Assembly (NCBI GenBank): GCA_963664405.1
Contig: OY761158.1
Span: 2,272,001-2,336,000, forward strand
Origin: Thermoanaerobaculia bacterium
GTDB lineage: Bacteria > Acidobacteriota > Thermoanaerobaculia > Multivoradales > Multivoraceae
Reading direction: 5' to 3'
DNA length: 64,000 nucleotides
Positions 59,300 through 64,000 of this stretch are shown piece by piece (positions within the stretch are counted from its first letter, which is position 1; each line of letters starts with the position of its first letter). Under the pieces are notes generated by a model that did no database searches, was not told the DNA's origin, and was given only the letters and a program-made list of their open reading frames with translations. Position numbers and translations under genes: made by a program.

Positions 59300-60925
59300 A
59301 TGCCCCCCGATCTCGCATCCAACTACGACTCCGTCATCGTCGGTGGCGGCCACAACGGCCTCGTAGCCGCGGCCTATCTGGCTCGCGCCGGGTTGACGAC
59401 CTGCGTCCTAGAGCGCCGGGATCGCATCGGCGGAGCCGCGGTGACCGAGGAGATCGTACCGGGGTATCGCTTCTCTCGGGCCTCCTACGTCAACAGCCTG
59501 CTACGCCCGGAGATCATCCAAGAGCTCGCACTCCGGCGACACGGGTTCGAGCTGCTGCCCCGAGATCCCTCCTCCTTCACCCCCACCCTCGATGGCCGTT
59601 CTCTCCTCCTCGGGACCGACTCGAAGAGCAACCACAAAGAAATCTCCAAATTCTCGACTCGGGATGCTGAGGCTTTCGCCGGCTACGAGGCCCTCCTCGA
59701 CCGCTGCGCCCGCTTCATCGAGCCGACCCTCGACCGGCCTCCTCCCGATCTCGAGTCCTCGAGCTGGATCGATCGATCCTCCTCCCTCATCGAGCTTTCG
59801 CGGCTGGGTCTCCGAGCCCTGAAACTCGGGCCCGATCTCCCTCGCTTCCTCGAGATTCTCACGGCGCCGGCCGCGAAGATCATCACGCGCTGGTTCGAGT
59901 CGGAACCCCTGCGCGGGACCCTCGCCACCGACGCCCTCATTGGGGCGATGGCCTCACCCTCGACCCCGGGGAGCGGCTATGTCCTCTTCCATCACATCAT
60001 GGGAGAGACCGACGGGGCCCGAGGTGTTTGGGCCTACGTGCGCGGAGGCATGGGCCAGCTCTCCGAGTCCATCGCGAGCGCCGCGAGAGCCGCGGGAGCC
60101 CAGATCATCACCGATGCCCCCGTTGCCTCGATCCGTAGCGAGGGCGGCCGGGCGCGCGGAGTCATCCTCGAGGATGGACGTGAGGTCTCTTCGCGATGCG
60201 TTCTCTCCGGTGCCGATCCGAATGTGACCTTTCGCCGACTGGTCGATCCCTCGGATCTTCCCTCCGAGTTCAACGCTCGCATGGACCAGCTCGACTACTC
60301 ATCCGCGGTCTTCAAGATCAACGTGGCAGTTGATCGGATCCCGAGCTTCTCGGTGTCACCGGGCGAAGAGCCGGGGCCCCACCACCGGGGCACGATTCAC
60401 CTCAACTCGACTCTCGAGGAGATGGAGGCAGCCTTCGCCGACGCCCAGAGGGGCGAGCCGTCGCGCGAGCCCGTAGTCGAGATGACCATCCCCTCGGTTC
60501 TCGACGACTCCCTGGCCCCCGAGGGGCACCACGTCATCTCGCTCTTCGTGCAATACGCCCCCTACCAGCTAGCAGCTGGAAGCTGGGATGATCCCGGGCG
60601 ACGGGAGGCGTTCGCCGATCGCGTATTCGCGGCCATCGAGCGACACGCTCCGGGTTTCACCGCCTCGATCGTCGGCCGCGACCTTCTCAGCCCGCTCGAC
60701 CTCGAGCGCGTCTTCGGCCTGACAGGCGGCAACATCTTTCACGGGGCAATGAGTCTCGACCAGCTCTTCTGGCTGCGCCCGGCCCGGGGCTGGGCGAGGT
60801 ACCGGACCCCGATCAGGGGCCTCTACCTCTGCGGCGCGGGCGCCCATCCCGGGGGAGGCATCATCGGAGCCCCCGGGCGCAACGCGGCCCGGCAGGTCAT
60901 CCGGGATCTACGCGGGCTGCTGTGA
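59300..60925 (+). CDS. FAD-dependent oxidoreductase, phytoene desaturase/PYROXD2-like
   Basis: VGGGHNGLVAAAYLA, GGNIFHG and LYLCGAGAHPGGG motifs. Confidence 0.9.
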   Translation: MPPDLASNYDSVIVGGGHNGLVAAAYLARAGLTTCVLERRDRIGGAAVTEEIVPGYRFSRASYVNSLLRPEIIQELALRRHGFELLPRDPSSFTPTLDGRSLLLGTDSKSNHKEISKFSTRDAEAFAGYEALLDRCARFIEPTLDRPPPDLESSSWIDRSSSLIELSRLGLRALKLGPDLPRFLEILTAPAAKIITRWFESEPLRGTLATDALIGAMASPSTPGSGYVLFHHIMGETDGARGVWAYVRGGMGQLSESIASAARAAGAQIITDAPVASIRSEGGRARGVILEDGREVSSRCVLSGADPNVTFRRLVDPSDLPSEFNARMDQLDYSSAVFKINVAVDRIPSFSVSPGEEPGPHHRGTIHLNSTLEEMEAAFADAQRGEPSREPVVEMTIPSVLDDSLAPEGHHVISLFVQYAPYQLAAGSWDDPGRREAFADRVFAAIERHAPGFTASIVGRDLLSPLDLERVFGLTGGNIFHGAMSLDQLFWLRPARGWARYRTPIRGLYLCGAGAHPGGGIIGAPGRNAARQVIRDLRGLL

Positions 60926-60953
60926 GAGCACGGCGCTGAGCTAGAATCTCTAG

Positions 60954-61421
60954 ATGGCGATGAGGATCAAAGTCAACGGCCGGCGTCACCAGATCGACGC
61001 GCCGCCGAATACCCCCCTCCTCTACGTTCTCCGCAACGATCTCGAGCTCAGTGGCCCCAAGTTCGGCTGCGGCCTCGGACAATGCGGGACCTGCACAGTG
61101 CTGATCGACGGCAAGGCCGTACGCTCCTGTCAGCGACGGATCGCCGCGATACCGCCGAATGCCGAGATCGTGACCCTCGAGGGCCTCGGTACTCGCGAAA
61201 GCCCCCACCCTCTCCAGACCGCCTTCATCGAGGAGCAAGCGCTGCAATGCGGCTATTGCACCTCCGGCATGATCATGGCGGCAGCTTCTTTTCTCGCCGA
61301 CAACGACGATCCAACCGAGGCGCAGATCCGACAGGCATTGGCGGGCTACCTCTGCCGATGCGGCGCTCAAGGCCGCATCGTGCGCGCGATTCGGCGGGCC
61401 GCCGAGAAAGGGGCCGCGTGA
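60954..61421 (+). CDS. [2Fe-2S] subunit of a molybdenum hydroxylase (IorA-like)
   Basis: GPKFGCGLGQCGTC, QCGYC and LCRCG motifs. Confidence 0.95.
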   Translation: MAMRIKVNGRRHQIDAPPNTPLLYVLRNDLELSGPKFGCGLGQCGTCTVLIDGKAVRSCQRRIAAIPPNAEIVTLEGLGTRESPHPLQTAFIEEQALQCGYCTSGMIMAAASFLADNDDPTEAQIRQALAGYLCRCGAQGRIVRAIRRAAEKGAA

Positions 61422-63625
61422 AAGCGACCCGCTCCACCCGTCGGGACTTTCTCGCATCTTCCGGAGCGCTGCTCCTCAGCTTCTCACTGGAACGCCCCCG
61501 AGATGCGCAAGCAGCACCCTTACCCGGCAGTCTTGCTCGTAGCCGTCGCCTAGATGCCTGGATCCGCGTCGGCGCCGACGGCTCGGTGACGGTTTTGAGC
61601 GGCAAATGCGAGATCGGCCAGGGGCTCGCGACCGCACTCGCGCAAATCGCCGCCGACGAGCTCGACGTCGACCTCGAGCGCATCGACATGGTGATGGCGG
61701 ACACCGGTCGCACACCGAATGAGGGCTACACCGCCGGAAGCCTGTCGATCCAACAGAGCGGGACCGCACTGCGCCAAGCCGCAGCCGAAGTGCGCCAGAT
61801 TCTGGTCGACCTCGCCGCCCAGCGGCTCGGCGCAGCCGCAGCCGATTTGAGCATCACCGACGGTCGCATATCGGCCACCACGGGACGCTCCACGACCTAC
61901 TGGGAGCTCATCGACGGCGTCGAAATCGAGCAGGAGGCCACCGGTCGAGCGACGCCGAAGCCGGCCGCCGAACGCCGCTATGTAGGGCAATCGGTACCGC
62001 GACTCGACCTGCCTGCCAAAGTGTTCGGCGAGGCAAGCTTCGTTCACGACCTGCGACTCGAAGGGATGCTCCACGCCAGAGTGGTGAGACCGCCGAGCTA
62101 TGGCGCTCGGCTGGCCTCTGTAGACGAAGCTCCGGCCCGCGCACTCGAGGGAGTCGTCGAGGTGGTGCGAAACGGCAGCTTCCTCGCCGCCATCGCCCGT
62201 CGCGAAGAGCAGGCCCTCGCTGCCGCGACCTCACTGCGCGACGCCGCGCGCTGGGAAGGCGAGACCGCCCTACCGCCGAATGCCGACCTTGCATCCTGGC
62301 TGCGCCGCCAGCCCGCGCAAGACGGCGTCGTCGATAGCGTGGGGCCGGACCCCGCCGAAGTGCCGGCGGCCAAGAGCCTCGAGGCGGAGTACTCCAAACC
62401 CTACCTGGCTCACGCCGCTCTAGCTCCCTCTTGCGCGGTTGCCCTGGAGCGAGACGGAGAGCTGGTGATTTGGACCCACAGCCAGGGCGTGTTTCCGCTA
62501 CGCAGCTCCGTGGCCCAAGTCGTCGGTCTCCCGGAAGAGCGCATCCGCGCCATACATATGGACGGGGCAGGTTGCTTCGGCCATAACGGTGCCGACGATG
62601 CCGCCTGCGATGCGGCCGTCCTCGCCCGCGCCTTACCGGGTCGACCTGTCCGCGTGCTCTGGTCGCGCGAGGACGAGCTGCGCTGGGCGCCCTTCGGTGC
62701 CGCTATGAGCCTGCGCCTACGCGCAGGCCTAGATGGAGAGGGGCGCATCGTGCACTGGCGTCACGAGCTGTGGTCGAACACCCACAGCACCCGACCGGGA
62801 CGCCGGCCAAGCTTCGTCGCGGGTTGGCATCTAGCCTCGCCGGTGCCGTCCCCGGACGCGGTCAACATCCCACAGCCTTTCGGTGGCGCCGATCGCAATG
62901 CGGTACCGCTCTATGACTTTCCCAGCCGGCGGGTGGTAGAGCACTTTCTCCCCGACATGCCGGTGCGAGTATCCGCCCTGCGCTCTCTTGGCGCCTTCGC
63001 CAATATCTTGGCCATCGAGTCGTTCATGGACGATCTCGCGGCCGCCGCCGGCATCGACCCCATCGCCTTCCGACTGAAGCATTTGAAGGACGAGCGAGGG
63101 CGTAGGGTCATCGAGTTGGCGGCGAAGGCCGCTGGATGGACCCCCGCGTCGGTTACACCAAGATCGGCCGAGTCTGGGAGTGCCAAGAAGGGGCGCGGTT
63201 TCGCATTCTCTCGCTACAAGAACCGCGGAACTTACTTGGCCCTCGTTATCGATGTCGAAGTCGACGCCAGCGGAGCCGTACGCGTCGAGAAGGCCGTCGC
63301 AGCTGTCGACGCAGGCGAAGTGATCAACCCCGACGGGCTGCGCAATCAGATCGAAGGCGGCATCGTTCAAGCCGCATCCTGGACCCTCTACGAGCAGGTG
63401 ACCTTTGATCGACAGAAAATCACTTCGACTGACTGGCGACGCTATCCGATCCTCGAGTTCCCTGAAGCTCCGGATGTAGAAGTGGTCCTCGTCGATCAGC
63501 CAGACAAGGATCCCCTGGGCGTGGGTGAAGCCGCCCAGGGACCTACCGCGGCAGCGATCAGCAACGCGGTCTTCGCTGCCACCGGCATCCGCCGCAGAGA
63601 CCTTCCCCTCAACGCCGGGGCTTAG
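61418..63625 (+). CDS. molybdopterin-binding subunit, xanthine dehydrogenase family (IorB-like), Tat signal
   Basis: TRRDFL, GKCEIGQG, NQIEGG and GVGEAA motifs; GTG start overlaps the upstream stop. Confidence 0.9.
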   Translation: MKATRSTRRDFLASSGALLLSFSLERPRDAQAAPLPGSLARSRRLDAWIRVGADGSVTVLSGKCEIGQGLATALAQIAADELDVDLERIDMVMADTGRTPNEGYTAGSLSIQQSGTALRQAAAEVRQILVDLAAQRLGAAAADLSITDGRISATTGRSTTYWELIDGVEIEQEATGRATPKPAAERRYVGQSVPRLDLPAKVFGEASFVHDLRLEGMLHARVVRPPSYGARLASVDEAPARALEGVVEVVRNGSFLAAIARREEQALAAATSLRDAARWEGETALPPNADLASWLRRQPAQDGVVDSVGPDPAEVPAAKSLEAEYSKPYLAHAALAPSCAVALERDGELVIWTHSQGVFPLRSSVAQVVGLPEERIRAIHMDGAGCFGHNGADDAACDAAVLARALPGRPVRVLWSREDELRWAPFGAAMSLRLRAGLDGEGRIVHWRHELWSNTHSTRPGRRPSFVAGWHLASPVPSPDAVNIPQPFGGADRNAVPLYDFPSRRVVEHFLPDMPVRVSALRSLGAFANILAIESFMDDLAAAAGIDPIAFRLKHLKDERGRRVIELAAKAAGWTPASVTPRSAESGSAKKGRGFAFSRYKNRGTYLALVIDVEVDASGAVRVEKAVAAVDAGEVINPDGLRNQIEGGIVQAASWTLYEQVTFDRQKITSTDWRRYPILEFPEAPDVEVVLVDQPDKDPLGVGEAAQGPTAAAISNAVFAATGIRRRDLPLNAGA

Positions 63626-63651
63626 CTCCCCGATCAACCTCGCGGCCTTCC

Positions 63652-64000
63652 ATGCGAATCGGTCTCATCTCCGACACTCACATCCCCGAAGCCCGGCAAG
63701 AGCTCTGGCCGCAAGTCTTCGAAGCGTTCAGGGATGTCGACCTGATTTTGCACGCCGGAGACATCCACGACCTGCCGGTTGTCGACGAGCTCAACCGAGT
63801 CGCACCGATCCACGTCGCCCGCGGCGACGGTGACGACGGAGGAGGCGGACGACGGGTGCAGCCCGAGGATCCGCGCCTGCAGCCGTCCTGGACCCTCGAG
63901 CTCGGAGGCGTTCGCGTAGGAGTGACCCACGCCCTGCCCATCCCCGAGATGCCGCCGAGTATCACCGTCGCAAGAGCTCTCGCTCGACACTTCCCAGAGG
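63652..64000 (+). CDS. YfcE-like metallophosphoesterase, 3'-partial
   Basis: Manual translation MRIGLISDTHIP...DLILHAGDI...GVTH; absent from the ORF track because it runs off the window. Confidence 0.8.
   Translation, partial: MRIGLISDTHIPEARQELWPQVFEAFRDVDLILHAGDIHDLPVVDELNRVAPIHVARGDGDDGGGGRRVQPEDPRLQPSWTLELGGVRVGVTHALPIPEMPPSITVARALARHFPE

Noticed and set aside
63634-63990. Minus-strand ORFs at the window end
   Set aside because: They are antisense to the partial metallophosphoesterase starting at 63652

Overview
A GC-rich bacterial chromosomal window with about 50 mostly housekeeping or accessory CDSs. Gene content is suggestive of an Acidobacteriota-like organism, but this is an inference only. 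Genes include yajQ, srkA, an RND efflux pair, pit with DUF47, a secreted cytochrome c/Cu-monooxygenase-like cluster, a RapA-like SNF2 ATPase, arsR with an ArsI-like gene, a planctomycete-type PSD1/DUF1501 pair, galM, sbcCD and a Mo-hydroxylase pair. No rRNA, tRNA, CRISPR or transposase was seen. Main highlights: (1) a hidden selenoprotein at 57767-59167 (GCLT-UGA-PPF plus a SECIS-like hairpin) fusing a deiodinase-like thioredoxin fold, a DsbD-N-like Cys pair and EF-hands. (2) Seven ~163-bp TA/CTAG-flanked palindromic elements of three unrelated arm types that share one central core and a strand-specific G.U bias; one sits in frame inside a signal peptide. (3) A second two-hairpin repeat family of about 20 units, both dispersed and in tandem arrays, including a 62-bp array directly upstream of the selenoprotein.
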